Positions 41,217 through 51,410 are shown, numbered from the stretch's first letter. The stretch is DNA of 64,000 bases from Dehalococcoidia bacterium (GCA_965219085.1 OZ244720.1:1664001-1728000), one strand, 5' to 3'. Numbers and translations: made by a program. Notes: generated from the letters alone by a model not told the origin.

Positions 41217-41597
41217 CTACCCTTCTCGCCGGCCGCTGTCGCCGCCGCGCACGACAAAGTCGCGGCGGTCGCGGTAGAGCAGCGCGCGGTTGAGCACGTA
41301 GTCGTCGGCCTTGAGGTCGATCTCCGCGCAGTCGGTCATCGTCCAGTACTTGTGTGCGCCCAGGAAGAGATAGTCGCGGGTCTGACCGAAGAAGCGGCCC
41401 TCGACGCCTTCCCCGCGCGCGATGCGACCGCAGAACGCGGCCAGCAGCGCTTGCTGCCCGTCCTGCTTGACGACGACGTACTCATGGGGCCAGGTGTCGC
41501 GGTACGTGACCGCCTCGCGCCACCGAGCGCGCGCGATCAGCGTCATGATGTCGGGGACGGGCTTCTCCGGAGCTTCGAGTTGGTGGCATAGCGGCAT
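41217..41597 (-). CDS. Hypothetical protein
   Basis: W..AVTY..TWPHEY...KYWTM...VLNR; GAGGGAG RBS. Confidence 0.65.
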   Translation of the reverse strand: MPLCHQLEAPEKPVPDIMTLIARARWREAVTYRDTWPHEYVVVKQDGQQALLAAFCGRIARGEGVEGRFFGQTRDYLFLGAHKYWTMTDCAEIDLKADDYVLNRALLYRDRRDFVVRGGDSGRREG

Positions 41598-41704
41598 TTC
41601 AGGCTCCCTCGACGGCCGTCGTCGCAGCCCTCTATCCCTATCTGTTCGGCCACAATGGTAGCGAATCGGGGGCACATCCCTCCGGAACACAGCGGAGGCG
41701 GACG

Positions 41705-44700
41705 GTGAGCGCAATCGACATCGAGGAGCGCACGCAGCAGCTCGGTCGCGAGTTGCTCGCGGAGGCCGGGCGCTACCGGCCGGGTGCGGCGGAGCGTGTC
41801 CAGGACTGGCTGCTCGGCCTGACCGCCGCGAACGAGCGCTTCCGGGGCCGCCTGCTGCGCTATCTGGACGTGCTCGCGTCGGTCGACCACGACAGCAGCG
41901 GCGCGGAGGCGAAGCGCCTCGCCGCGGAGTACTTCGGAGACGAGTTCCCGGAGCTGCCGCGCGGGCTGCGCTGGCTGCTGCGGCTCGCGCGCGACGAGCG
42001 CGTGCCCGCGCGCGTCATGGGCGAATCCTCGCGGCGCGCCGCCGAGCTGTTCGCGCGACGCTTCATCACCCCGCCAGGTGTGGACGCGGTGGCCGGGACG
42101 ATCCGGCAGCTGCGCGACCACGGCCGCTTCCCCTCGTTCGACCTGCTCGGCGAGGCCGTGCTCAGCGAACGCGAGGCCGAGGCGTACCTCGCGCGCTACC
42201 TCGAACTCATCGGGCAGCTCGGCGACGACCCCGCGGCGGGCGAGGTGACGCCGGGCGGCGTGTTCGCGCTCCAGGTCTCGCTCAAGCTGTCCTCGCTCAC
42301 CCCACACTTCAGCCCCGTCGACCCCGAGGGCACCATCGCGCGGGCCCGCCCGCCCCTCGAGGCGATCGTGGGGGCGGCCGACCGCGCGGGCGTCGGGGTC
42401 ACGGTCGATATGGAGCAGTTCGAGTACCGCGACCTCACGTGGGAGCTGTTCACCCGCACGTTCGCGCGCGGCGAGCGCTTCGGCGGCTGGCCCGGCGCGG
42501 GGATCGTGCTCCAGGCCTACCTGCGCGAGGCCGACGCCCACGCGGACGCCCTCGTCGCGTTCGCGCGAGCGCGGGGCGTGCCGTACCAGGTGCGGCTGGT
42601 GAAGGGCGCGTACTGGGACTACGAGACCATCGTCGCCGAGGCGGCGGGGTGGACGCCGCCCGTGTTCACGCGCAAGGCCGCGACCGACGCCGCGTTCGAG
42701 CGCGTGCTCGCTCGGCTCGTCGGAGCGCACCCGGCGCTGCACGTGGCGGTCGGCAGCCACAACGCGCGCGCCCACGCGCTGGCCGAGGCGCTCGCCGAAG
42801 CCTCGGGCCTGCCGGAACGGGCGGTCGAGCACCAGACGCTGTTCCGCACCGCCGAGGGCACCAGCCGCGCGCTCGCCGGGCTCGGCTGGGCTGCGCGCGA
42901 CTACGTGCCGTCGGGCGAGCTGCTCCCGGGCATGGCGTACCTCGTGCGGCGCGTGCTCGAGAACTCCTCGCAGGCCGGCGTGCTGCTGGCCAGCCGCACC
43001 GGCGCATCGCCCGAGGACCTGTTGCGGCCCCCGCCCGCGCTCGATCCGCCGCCCCCGCCGCCCGCGCCACCGCACGGCTTCGCGCGGGCGCCCGAGGCGC
43101 GTTGGTTCGCTCCCGACTTCCGCGACGCGTTCGCGGCGGCGCTCGACTCGACCCGCGCGCGCTGGGGCGGGCGCTTCCCGTTGCGCGCTGGTGGAGTGGA
43201 CCTGCGGGCCGCCGATACGGTTGCTGTGCGCAGCCCGTCGCGCCCGGATGGCGAGCCGGTGGGGTTCGCCGAGTTCGCAGACGCCGAGGCCGCACGCCGC
43301 GCGATCGCCGTCGCCACCTCGGGGAGCGCCGCATGGGCGGCTACGCCGGTGGCGGAGCGCGCCTCGATCCTGCGCCGTGCGGCTGGCCTCCTCGAGGCGC
43401 GCGGCCACGAGTTCGCCGCGTGGGTTGTGCACGAGGGCGGGCGCGACCGCGCCGGCGCGTGGACGGAGGTCGAGGAGGCCGTCGACTTCCTGCGCTACTA
43501 CGCCGGCCAGGCCGAGGCGCTGTTCGGGGACTTCGGCGACCGCATCGCGCCTCGAGGTGTCGTGGCGGTGATCCCGCCGTGGAACTTCCCGCTCGCCATC
43601 CCGTGTGGGATGACGGCGGCCGCGCTGGCCTGCGGGAACGCGGCGATCCTCAAGCCCGCCGAGCAGACGCCGCTGATCGGCCTGCGCCTCGCGGCGCTGC
43701 TGCACGCGGCCGGCGTCCCGCGCGACGCACTGATCGCGCTCCCCGGCCGGGGCGAGACGGCGGGGGCGGCGCTGGCGGAGAGCCCCGATGTGGCGATGGT
43801 GGCGTTTACGGGGTCGCGCGCTGTCGGCACGCTGCTGCACGAGGTCGTCTCGCGCGTCGAGCCGACCGGCGAAGCCGTGACGAAGACGCTTGTCGCCGAG
43901 ATGGGTGGCAAGAACGCGATCATCGTCTTCCCCGACGCCGACCCCGACGAGGTCGTCGACGGCGTGATGCGGTCGGCGTTCGGCCACGCCAACCAGAAGT
44001 GCTCGGCGGCCTCGCGTGTCCTTGTAGCCGAGTCCGTGTACGAGACGATCCGCGACCGCCTGGTCGAGGCCGCGCGCAGCCTCCGCACGGGACCCGCCGA
44101 CGCGCCCGAGACGCAGATCAACCCCGTCATCGACGCCGAGGCCCGCGCGCGCCTCATGCGCGACGCCGAGGTCGCCCGCGGCGAGTGCGAGGTGCTCCTC
44201 GATCACTTCGAGGAGCCGGCCGCCGACGGCGGTCTGGCGCTCGGCCCGCTCGTCGTGGAGCTGCCCGCGGAGCGGGCGCGCGCCGCGCGCACGACGACCG
44301 AGGAGCTGTTCGGCCCGATCCTCGCGCTGATCCCGTTCGCGACCGAGGAGGAGGCGTACGCGGTGGCGAACGGGACGGACTACGGGCTCACCGCCGGGAT
44401 CTTCTCGCGCAGCCCCGCGACCATCGATCGCGCCGCACGGGTGATCGAGGCGGGCAACGTGTACGCCAACCGCGCGATCACCGCCGCGCGCGTCGGCGTC
44501 GAGCCGTTCGGCGGGATGAAGATGTCGGGCAGCGGCCCGAAGGCCGGCGGCAGCGACTACCTGTGGGCGTTCGTGTGCCGCAGCGACGCGCCTGCCGACG
44601 ACACCGGCCTGTCCGCGGCGACACCGTCGCGTGTCGCCTCGCCGCCGCCCGACCTGCCGTCAGGCGTCTGGCGCGAACCACTCGACATGCGCGTCGAGGT

Positions 44701-45310
44701 GGTCGAGCGGGCCGCGGTGCTCCTCGGCGACGCCGGCCGGTACGGAGACGCGGGTGTGCTGCTCGCGGCGTCGCAGGCCGCGCGCCGTGAACTCGGCCGC
44801 GCGCAGCCGACCATCCCGGTGGCCGGCCAGCGCACCGAGCTGCGCTACGGCACGCCTCGTGGCATCGGGCTGCTCCACGCGGCCGGGCCCGACGCGACGT
44901 GGTGGCTTGCCGCCACACTGCTCGCGGGCAACGGCCTCGCGCTCTTCGACTCGCGCGGCCTCTACCCCGTCACGGAAGCGCTGCTGCGAGCGGGTCTGCC
45001 GCCCGAGGTGGTGCCACCTGACCCCGGCGGCCTCGGCGCGATGCTCGCCGCGGCCCGCCGCCCCGAGGTCGCGTTCGCCGCGACCGACGGGGGGCCCGCG
45101 CTCGCCCGTGCGCTGCATCGTGAACTGGGGCCGACGGCGCCCGGTCAGCGGTCGCTCAAGGCGCTGCTCTCGCGCCTCGACGGTCCGCAGGCTGGGGAGC
45201 CGGGGTTCGTGCGGCGCTTCGCGTGGCCGAAGGTGGTCGCGGTGCGCACGCTGCGCCACGGCGCCGACCTGGGACTCGATCCGGTTGAAGCGCAGAAGCG
45301 CCGCGGGTAG
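41705..45310 (+). CDS. putA: Bifunctional proline dehydrogenase / P5C dehydrogenase
   Basis: FDLLGEA, RLVKGAYW, YLVRRVLEN; ALDH motifs PPWNFP, FTGS, EMGGKN, QKCSA, EELFGP. Confidence 0.92.
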   Translation: MSAIDIEERTQQLGRELLAEAGRYRPGAAERVQDWLLGLTAANERFRGRLLRYLDVLASVDHDSSGAEAKRLAAEYFGDEFPELPRGLRWLLRLARDERVPARVMGESSRRAAELFARRFITPPGVDAVAGTIRQLRDHGRFPSFDLLGEAVLSEREAEAYLARYLELIGQLGDDPAAGEVTPGGVFALQVSLKLSSLTPHFSPVDPEGTIARARPPLEAIVGAADRAGVGVTVDMEQFEYRDLTWELFTRTFARGERFGGWPGAGIVLQAYLREADAHADALVAFARARGVPYQVRLVKGAYWDYETIVAEAAGWTPPVFTRKAATDAAFERVLARLVGAHPALHVAVGSHNARAHALAEALAEASGLPERAVEHQTLFRTAEGTSRALAGLGWAARDYVPSGELLPGMAYLVRRVLENSSQAGVLLASRTGASPEDLLRPPPALDPPPPPPAPPHGFARAPEARWFAPDFRDAFAAALDSTRARWGGRFPLRAGGVDLRAADTVAVRSPSRPDGEPVGFAEFADAEAARRAIAVATSGSAAWAATPVAERASILRRAAGLLEARGHEFAAWVVHEGGRDRAGAWTEVEEAVDFLRYYAGQAEALFGDFGDRIAPRGVVAVIPPWNFPLAIPCGMTAAALACGNAAILKPAEQTPLIGLRLAALLHAAGVPRDALIALPGRGETAGAALAESPDVAMVAFTGSRAVGTLLHEVVSRVEPTGEAVTKTLVAEMGGKNAIIVFPDADPDEVVDGVMRSAFGHANQKCSAASRVLVAESVYETIRDRLVEAARSLRTGPADAPETQINPVIDAEARARLMRDAEVARGECEVLLDHFEEPAADGGLALGPLVVELPAERARAARTTTEELFGPILALIPFATEEEAYAVANGTDYGLTAGIFSRSPATIDRAARVIEAGNVYANRAITAARVGVEPFGGMKMSGSGPKAGGSDYLWAFVCRSDAPADDTGLSAATPSRVASPPPDLPSGVWREPLDMRVEVVERAAVLLGDAGRYGDAGVLLAASQAARRELGRAQPTIPVAGQRTELRYGTPRGIGLLHAAGPDATWWLAATLLAGNGLALFDSRGLYPVTEALLRAGLPPEVVPPDPGGLGAMLAAARRPEVAFAATDGGPALARALHRELGPTAPGQRSLKALLSRLDGPQAGEPGFVRRFAWPKVVAVRTLRHGADLGLDPVEAQKRRG

Positions 45311-45324
45311 GCTGAGATCCGCGG

Positions 45325-45401
45325 GGGCGGTTAGCTCAGTTGGTACGAGCGCTCGCTTCACACGCGAGAGGTCACTGGTTCAAGTCCAGTACCGCCCACC
45401 A
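45325..45401 (+). tRNA. tRNA-Val(CAC)
   Basis: Acceptor stem GGGCGGT/ACCGCCC, anticodon arm CTCGC-TTCACAC-GCGAG, TTCAAGT T-loop, encoded CCA. Confidence 0.95.
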
Positions 45402-45486
45402 CCTTGATAACCTTGCTCATGGCATCGGGACCCACGACGAAGGACGCGCCGACTGGGCGCCCTTCGTCTCGAGCGGTGGATGGCTG

Positions 45487-46605
45487 CTACTGCGCGAGCG
45501 CGCTCAGCGAGAGACCCTGCATCCGCACGATCTCTTCGTCCGTCATGCAGTCCCACCTGAGGAGGCCGTCGGCGGCGATCTCGGCGCGCTCGTCAGCGTC
45601 CATCGTCGAGGGGTCGTACGCGTGCGCGTTGACGAGCGCCCGGTAGTGAGGATGCTCCCGGGCGAAGTCCGCGAGGCAACTCAGCGTCTCGTCGCTGAGC
45701 GTGTCTCCCGAGCTGGACGCAAAGATCGAGACAAACACCGCGACCTCGCCTTCATCCGAGATGCAATCCGTCAGCGCATCCGAGATGTCGAAGGCCCCGT
45801 GGACGGTCGTCGCGAGGAGCGCCTTGTACTCCGCGTCGGTGAGGGCGTCCCGGATGCACGCTGCGTCGGCGGCCGGAAGAGCGTTGATCAGGTCGCGCTC
45901 GGCGGACGTAAAGGCGTCGATGACCTCCTCGAAGTCGAGCAGGTAGTCCAGCTGCTCCTCGGACGTCATGCAGTTGTAGAACTCCACGATGTACGGGTGT
46001 GCCGCGGCGGCCGCGCTCGCCTCGGGCGAAGACAGCCCGATGCTCGTGAGGACCGCGTCCGGGTGCTCGAGGCCGACCTCGACCATGCACGCGCGGGTCT
46101 CCGCGGCCCATCCGCCGGCTGACGCCTCGATGAACGCGACGCCGACACGCACGACGCTCTCGATCTCGAGGCAGCCGAACAGCGGGGCCGCGGCGGCGGG
46201 GTCGCTGCCCGCCGCGAGCAGCGGCGTGCCTTGCATGACGGCGTAGATGAAGTCACCGAACACTTCCTTGATGCAGCCCCGCTCCTCCTCGGAGAGCCGG
46301 TCGAGCAGATCCTTGCCGGTTGTTGCGGGGGTGACGACGAAGTCTTCGAGCGTGGGCGCGGGAGTCGGCGCGGGGGTGGCAGTCGCCGGAGGCGGCGTCG
46401 GAGTCGGAGTCGGTGTTGGTGTGGGCGTGGGCGTGGGAGTGGGTGTGGCCGTGGCGGGCGTCGCGGCAGCGGGCGCCTGCGTGGCGGTCGGCGTCGGCTC
46501 GGGCTCGTCGTCGGACGTGCAGGCGGCGAGAGCGCTGATCGCGAGCGCCACGACGGCGATGATCAGCCAGCTCATGCGCAAACCGGATACGACGCTCGCA
46601 ACCAT
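45487..46605 (-). CDS. Cys-containing lipoprotein with two internal repeats
   Basis: Lipobox LAAC, (PT)n linker, duplicated domain of about 150 aa with aligned Cys. Confidence 0.75.
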   Translation of the reverse strand: MVASVVSGLRMSWLIIAVVALAISALAACTSDDEPEPTPTATQAPAAATPATATPTPTPTPTPTPTPTPTPPPATATPAPTPAPTLEDFVVTPATTGKDLLDRLSEEERGCIKEVFGDFIYAVMQGTPLLAAGSDPAAAAPLFGCLEIESVVRVGVAFIEASAGGWAAETRACMVEVGLEHPDAVLTSIGLSSPEASAAAAAHPYIVEFYNCMTSEEQLDYLLDFEEVIDAFTSAERDLINALPAADAACIRDALTDAEYKALLATTVHGAFDISDALTDCISDEGEVAVFVSIFASSSGDTLSDETLSCLADFAREHPHYRALVNAHAYDPSTMDADERAEIAADGLLRWDCMTDEEIVRMQGLSLSALAQ

Positions 46606-46721
46606 TGGCCCGTCCTTCGAGTGAGCGATCACGAGCTGGATTGGGTCTCGGGGTCTTGCAGTATAATAGCTGGGACGTGGACCGTAGCCGCACGCCCGTG
46701 GCATGTCGGTCCGCGCACCGA

Positions 46722-46808
46722 GCCGAAGTGGCGGAACGGCAGACGCGCTGCGTTCAGGGCGCAGTGAGGTTTATCCTCGTGTGAGTTCAAATCTCACCTT
46801 CGGCACCA
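46722..46808 (+). tRNA. tRNA-Leu(CAG)
   Basis: GCCGAAG/CTTCGGC stem, CTGCG-TTCAGGG-CGCAG, long variable arm, CCA; TATAAT at 46662. Confidence 0.95.
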
Positions 46809-46823
46809 GTCATCTCGACTCGC

Positions 46824-46899
46824 GCGCCTGTAGCTCAGGGGATAGAGCGCAGCCCTGCGGAGGCTGAGGTCAGAGGTTCAAATCCTCTCAGGCGCGCCA
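46824..46899 (+). tRNA. tRNA-Arg(GCG)
   Basis: GCGCCTG/CAGGCGC stem, CAGCC-CTGCGGA-GGCTG, CCA. Confidence 0.93.
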
Positions 46900-46972
46900 T
46901 CCGCACCCACCCTGCCACCATCCACGCCACGCGCTTGCGCGGGCGCACCGACGCGCCTGCGGGCCCTCGCGC

Positions 46973-49495
46973 CTACGGGATCGAGGGGATGTACTCGTCG
47001 CCGATGTGGCCCATCTCCTCGAAGCGCCGGTAGTCGGCGTCGGAGAAGCCCAGCAGCTCCTTGTAGACGTACTCGTTGTCCTGCCCCAGCAGCGGCGCGT
47101 GCCGTGGCAGCGGGGGATCCGTCCGGCTTGCCGTCCACGCCTCCCGCACGTGGCGGTACGTGCCGGCCTCGGGGTGCACGATCTCCTGGAAGAACCCGCG
47201 CTGGTCCAGGTGCCGGTCCTCGTACACGTCGGCCTCCGACATCACGACGCCGGCCGGGATGCCGGCGTACTGGAAGCGCTGCGCCACCCAGCGCGGGTCG
47301 AGCAGTTCCGTCCACTGGCCGATGATCGCGTCGAGCTCGCGACGGTTCTGGTGGCGCGCGGCCATGTCGGCGAAGCGCGGGTCGTCGATGAGGTCCTCGC
47401 GCCGGATCGCCTCGCAGAGCAGCGGCCACTGCGCCTCGTTGGTGATCGAGATGGTCACCCACGCGTCGTCACCGCGGCAGCGGTAGACGTTGTGCGGGGC
47501 GAGCCACCAGTGGTCGTTGCCCATCTGCTCCCAAAGCCGGCCGTTCATCGAGTAGTCCATGATGAACTCGCCGATCAGCGGCACGAAGTTCTCCGCCGTC
47601 GCCATCTCGACGAGCAGCCCCTTGCCGGTCCGCTCGCGCTGGCGCAGTCCCATCATGAACGCGTACGCGTTACCCATCCCCGACGCCGCGTCCGAGGGCA
47701 CGCCGAGCGGTGCGTACTCCAGGCTGAGGCCGGGGTAGCTGCGGATCGCCGGGTGCCCCGCGATCGCCTCCATGTGGTTCCCGTACGTGCGGTAGCCGCG
47801 GTACGGCCCGTCGATGCCGAACGCCGGGATGCGCACCATCACGAGGTTCGGGTTGACCGCCGAGAGCGCGTCCCAGCTCACCCCCTGCCGCTCGATGTTC
47901 GGCGGCAGGTTGTTCTCCATCAGCCCGTCGGACACCTCGACGAGCCGGTGCAGCACCTCCTGGCCCTCGGGCCGGGTGAGGTCGACGGTCATCGAGAGCT
48001 TGTTGCGAGCGTGGTGGTTGAAGATCGAGCCGCGGTTCCACGGTCGCTCGCCGGCCACGTTGTCCGGGTAGCCGATGCCCGCGCCGGACTGCGCCATCGC
48101 GTCGACGAACTCCTGCGGCGGCCGCGCCAGCAAGCCCCGCGTCGCCGAGGCAAAGTGCTGCGTCGACTCGACGCGGATCACCTCGGCGCCCCAGTCGGCC
48201 ATCTGCATCGCGCCGTACGGCCCGGCGAGGACGACCGTGAAGTCGACGATCCGCACGCCCTTCAGCGGGAGGTCCCTCGATGCGCCGCCCGCACCGCGCC
48301 GGTCGTGGGCGGCCGGCTCGCGCTCAGGCCGCGACTCGGCAAGGACCTCATCGGTGTGCTCGCCGAGGAGTGGCGCGCGACGGCGCGACGGCATTGGGCC
48401 CTCCGGGCGGTGCAGCCGGAAGTGGTAGCCGGGGTACTCCAGCGGCCCGGTTTCCGGGTGGTCGATGGTCTGGAAGAACTCGCGGTAGCGGAAGTTCTCG
48501 TCCTCGAACAGGTCGGCGACGGTGTTGATGGGCCCGGCCATGACGCCGTGGTCCTCGCACGCCTTGCGGATCTCGGTGCGCGTGTGTGACAGCAGCCACG
48601 GGAACGCCAGCATGTTGAACTCGTCGATGCGGTCGACGTGCGAGCACGCCTCGACGGTCGACCACTCCGGCGTATCGAGCAGCGACTCGTAGCCCATCAT
48701 GCGCAGCGCGGTGTGAATGCGCTGCGGGCCGTTGGACATCAGGAAGAAGCCGTCGGCGCATGGGTACACCCCGCTGCCGACACCCGCGGCGAGCGTCGGC
48801 CGCGACGTGTACGTGCCGCTGTATTGGTACATCATCAGCCGCGCCAGGCGGATGTCGATCGAGTGCAGCGCCGTCTCGTAGAGGTTGACGTCGACGTGCT
48901 CGCCCTCGCCGCGCAGCTCCGCGCCGCGGATCGCGACCGAGGTGGCGAGCGCGCCCACGAGCCCTGTGTGGTAGCTGGTCATCCGTCCGGCGGTCTTGAC
49001 CGGCTCGTAGCTGGCCTCGCCGGAGACGAGCATCGGGCCGCCCATCGCGTACAGCGTGAGGTCGGTCCCCACCCAGTCGCGGTACGGCCCGTCCTGCCCG
49101 AAGTTGGAGATCGAGGTGAGCACGAGGCGCGGGTTCACCTCGTGCAGCGTCTCGTAGCCGATCCCCAGCCGCTCGAGCGTGCCGGGCATGAAGTTCTCGA
49201 CGACGACGTCGGCGTCCGCCGCGAGTTGCAGGAAGCGCTCGCGGCCCTCGTCGGTTTTGAGGTCGAGCACGACGCTGCGCTTGTTGGTGTTGAGGAACAG
49301 GAACATGCCGCTGCGGTCCGGCCCCGGCTCGTCGCCGAGGAACGGTGGCAGGCGGCGCGAGGGATCGCCCTCGGGCGGCTCGATCTTGATCACGTCGGCG
49401 CCGTAGTCGCCCAGCAGTCGCGTGCAGAACGGGCCCGCCGCGTGACGCGTCAGGTCCAGCACGCGCACGTCATCAAGCGGCATTATCTCGGTCAT
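46973..49495 (-). CDS. Double-domain family III CoA-transferase (CaiB/BaiF)
   Basis: Two modules: RVLDLT..AGP..LGDYGADVIKIE and RIVDFT..AGP..DWGAEVIRVE; APLLG twice. Confidence 0.92.
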   Translation of the reverse strand: MTEIMPLDDVRVLDLTRHAAGPFCTRLLGDYGADVIKIEPPEGDPSRRLPPFLGDEPGPDRSGMFLFLNTNKRSVVLDLKTDEGRERFLQLAADADVVVENFMPGTLERLGIGYETLHEVNPRLVLTSISNFGQDGPYRDWVGTDLTLYAMGGPMLVSGEASYEPVKTAGRMTSYHTGLVGALATSVAIRGAELRGEGEHVDVNLYETALHSIDIRLARLMMYQYSGTYTSRPTLAAGVGSGVYPCADGFFLMSNGPQRIHTALRMMGYESLLDTPEWSTVEACSHVDRIDEFNMLAFPWLLSHTRTEIRKACEDHGVMAGPINTVADLFEDENFRYREFFQTIDHPETGPLEYPGYHFRLHRPEGPMPSRRRAPLLGEHTDEVLAESRPEREPAAHDRRGAGGASRDLPLKGVRIVDFTVVLAGPYGAMQMADWGAEVIRVESTQHFASATRGLLARPPQEFVDAMAQSGAGIGYPDNVAGERPWNRGSIFNHHARNKLSMTVDLTRPEGQEVLHRLVEVSDGLMENNLPPNIERQGVSWDALSAVNPNLVMVRIPAFGIDGPYRGYRTYGNHMEAIAGHPAIRSYPGLSLEYAPLGVPSDAASGMGNAYAFMMGLRQRERTGKGLLVEMATAENFVPLIGEFIMDYSMNGRLWEQMGNDHWWLAPHNVYRCRGDDAWVTISITNEAQWPLLCEAIRREDLIDDPRFADMAARHQNRRELDAIIGQWTELLDPRWVAQRFQYAGIPAGVVMSEADVYEDRHLDQRGFFQEIVHPEAGTYRHVREAWTASRTDPPLPRHAPLLGQDNEYVYKELLGFSDADYRRFEEMGHIGDEYIPSIP

Positions 49496-49651
49496 GGGAC
49501 GCCCCCCGGTCTCTTTGGATGCGAGGAACCCTCGCTGGGTGCCCGCGAACGCGAGGAGACCTCGCTGGCGCGGAGCATACACGCGTCGCCGCGGGTCGAG
49601 GCCCCCCTCGGTCCCTCGACGCGCAGCGATGGCGCCGCGGTGCACGTCGGC

Positions 49652-49716
49652 CGCTGTATCGTGGCCGCCACCACGTGGGAGCCTACGACTGGAGGGCGCG
49701 ATGACTGTCGATGCCA
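49652..49716 (+). repeat. 65-bp direct repeat (promoter, RBS, first 5 codons), copy 1; copy 2 at 50402-50466
   Basis: About 80% identical at an exact 750-bp offset; includes TATCGT, GGAGG and ATGACYGTCGATGCCA. Confidence 0.85.
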
Positions 49717-50294
49717 GTGAGCCTGTCGCGCGCGAGGACCACCCCGGCTGGACTGACCTGGTTGAGGTGCTGGGTGACCGGGCGCGCGCTGTGCCGGCGA
49801 GCGCGTTCCGCGCCGACGGCCGGGACGCAAACCGGTGCGGGGTCGACGGCTGGTGGGCGGACGAGACCGCGCGTCGCCTGATCGAGAAGGCGCTCGACAC
49901 GGATGCCGCCTCGTTGATCTACGTCGGCAGAACGACGCGGACCCTTGCGACCCGTGTGCTTGACGACCATCTCAATGGCAGCATTAGGAATTCGACGCTG
50001 CGGTGGAGCCTTACCGCGATCCTGATGACAACCCCGGCGTTCGCCGCCAAGCACTCCGACCCGCGTGCGGTCGTCCGGAGCCCAATGCTGTCTGTCTGGA
50101 TGCGGAAGCATCTTGAGGTCGCGATCATCGCAGTCGATCGCCCAGAACTGGTCAAAGGGAGGGTGATCAACCACTACGATCCACCGCTGAACCTTCGCGG
50201 CGTAGACAGGACGCCAGCTCGTGCGCGGCTCACAGAGCTACGGAAAGAGCTGAAGCCCGCGCGAGATGCAGGCAAACGCCTTCCGCTCCAGTAG
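49701..50294 (+). CDS. GIY-YIG-like nuclease domain protein
   Basis: GVDGWW...LIYVGRT..LATRVLDDH, NSTLR, PPLN; first motif is degenerate. Confidence 0.7.
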   Translation: MTVDASEPVAREDHPGWTDLVEVLGDRARAVPASAFRADGRDANRCGVDGWWADETARRLIEKALDTDAASLIYVGRTTRTLATRVLDDHLNGSIRNSTLRWSLTAILMTTPAFAAKHSDPRAVVRSPMLSVWMRKHLEVAIIAVDRPELVKGRVINHYDPPLNLRGVDRTPARARLTELRKELKPARDAGKRLPLQ

Positions 50295-50450
50295 TCACGC
50301 CTGACCTCGGCCCCTCGGCCCCTCGGCCGCTCATCCGCGCCTGATTCGGCCTCGCCGAGCAGCGAGTCGCGGAACGCCGTGGTCTCCGGCGCCTGACCCG
50401 GCGCTGTATCGTGGTCGCCACCACTCGCAGCCACACGATCGGAGGACGCG

Positions 50451-51344
50451 ATGACCGTCGATGCCAACGTCATTCGGCATCTCTACCGCTACGACCGGAC
50501 CCTGCCGCTGCTACCCACGAGCGAGTCCGACGCCGTGATGGTGGTGCGCAACGGCAACTTCGAAGCCGTCGACAGCCTCGCCCGCGAGCGCGTCACCTTC
50601 GGCACGACGCACGATGAGCGCGTGACGGCGACGCTGACCTACCCGGCCTCGGGCGGCCCGTTCCCGGCTGTCATCCTCCAGCACGGCTCGACGGCGCTCG
50701 GACGTCACATGTGGGCGACCCGGCCGGTCGACGTCGACTGGGCGCTGGAGCACGGCTTCATGGCCGTCGCCGTCGATGCGCCCGGATTCGGCTCGCGCGA
50801 GCGCGCCGACAATCGCGGCCGGCTGGTGCGCGACCGCCCGGACCTGATGTTCCGCACGCGCGACCAGCGCATCCAGAACGTGCAAGACCTGATGCGCACC
50901 GTCGACTACCTGTGCTCGCGCGACGATGTGCTCGCCGACGCCATCGGCTTCTGCGGCGTCTCGATGGGCACGCGCGTGGGCGCGCCGTTCTTCGGCCTCG
51001 ATGAGCGCGTGCGCACCGGCGCGTTCTTCATCGGCGGCTCGGGGCCGTACTCGGGCTTCGAGGTGGAGGGCACCGCGTTCGCCGACCTCGCGGCCGAGGA
51101 GCGCCTGATCTTCGACCTGACCGACCCGATCGTGTTCGCGCCGATGTCCGCCGGGCGCGAGGTGATCGTGATCAACGGCACGCGCGACACCGTCGTCGGC
51201 CCCGGCGCGGGCGAGCGGCTACAGGAAGCGTTCGGCGAACCGAAGACGCTGCGCTGGTACGACGGCGACCACGGCGAGGTGCCCGGCGAGCTCTATGACG
51301 AGGCCGGTTCCTTCCTCGTGAGCCACCTGCGGGTCCCGGCGTAG
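50451..51344 (+). CDS. Alpha/beta hydrolase (dienelactone hydrolase/esterase-like)
   Basis: GVSMG nucleophile elbow, INGTRD, YDGDH. Confidence 0.85.
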   Translation: MTVDANVIRHLYRYDRTLPLLPTSESDAVMVVRNGNFEAVDSLARERVTFGTTHDERVTATLTYPASGGPFPAVILQHGSTALGRHMWATRPVDVDWALEHGFMAVAVDAPGFGSRERADNRGRLVRDRPDLMFRTRDQRIQNVQDLMRTVDYLCSRDDVLADAIGFCGVSMGTRVGAPFFGLDERVRTGAFFIGGSGPYSGFEVEGTAFADLAAEERLIFDLTDPIVFAPMSAGREVIVINGTRDTVVGPGAGERLQEAFGEPKTLRWYDGDHGEVPGELYDEAGSFLVSHLRVPA

Positions 51345-51410
51345 CGGTCGGCGGGCGCTCACCGAGCCATAACGCGTGCTATGTTGCGGTTGCACCGCAG
51401 GAGGTGACAC

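Noticed and set aside
45325-46899. Integrative element at tRNA-Val, tRNA-Leu or tRNA-Arg
   Set aside because: No duplicated tRNA 3' end and no integrase seen in the window.
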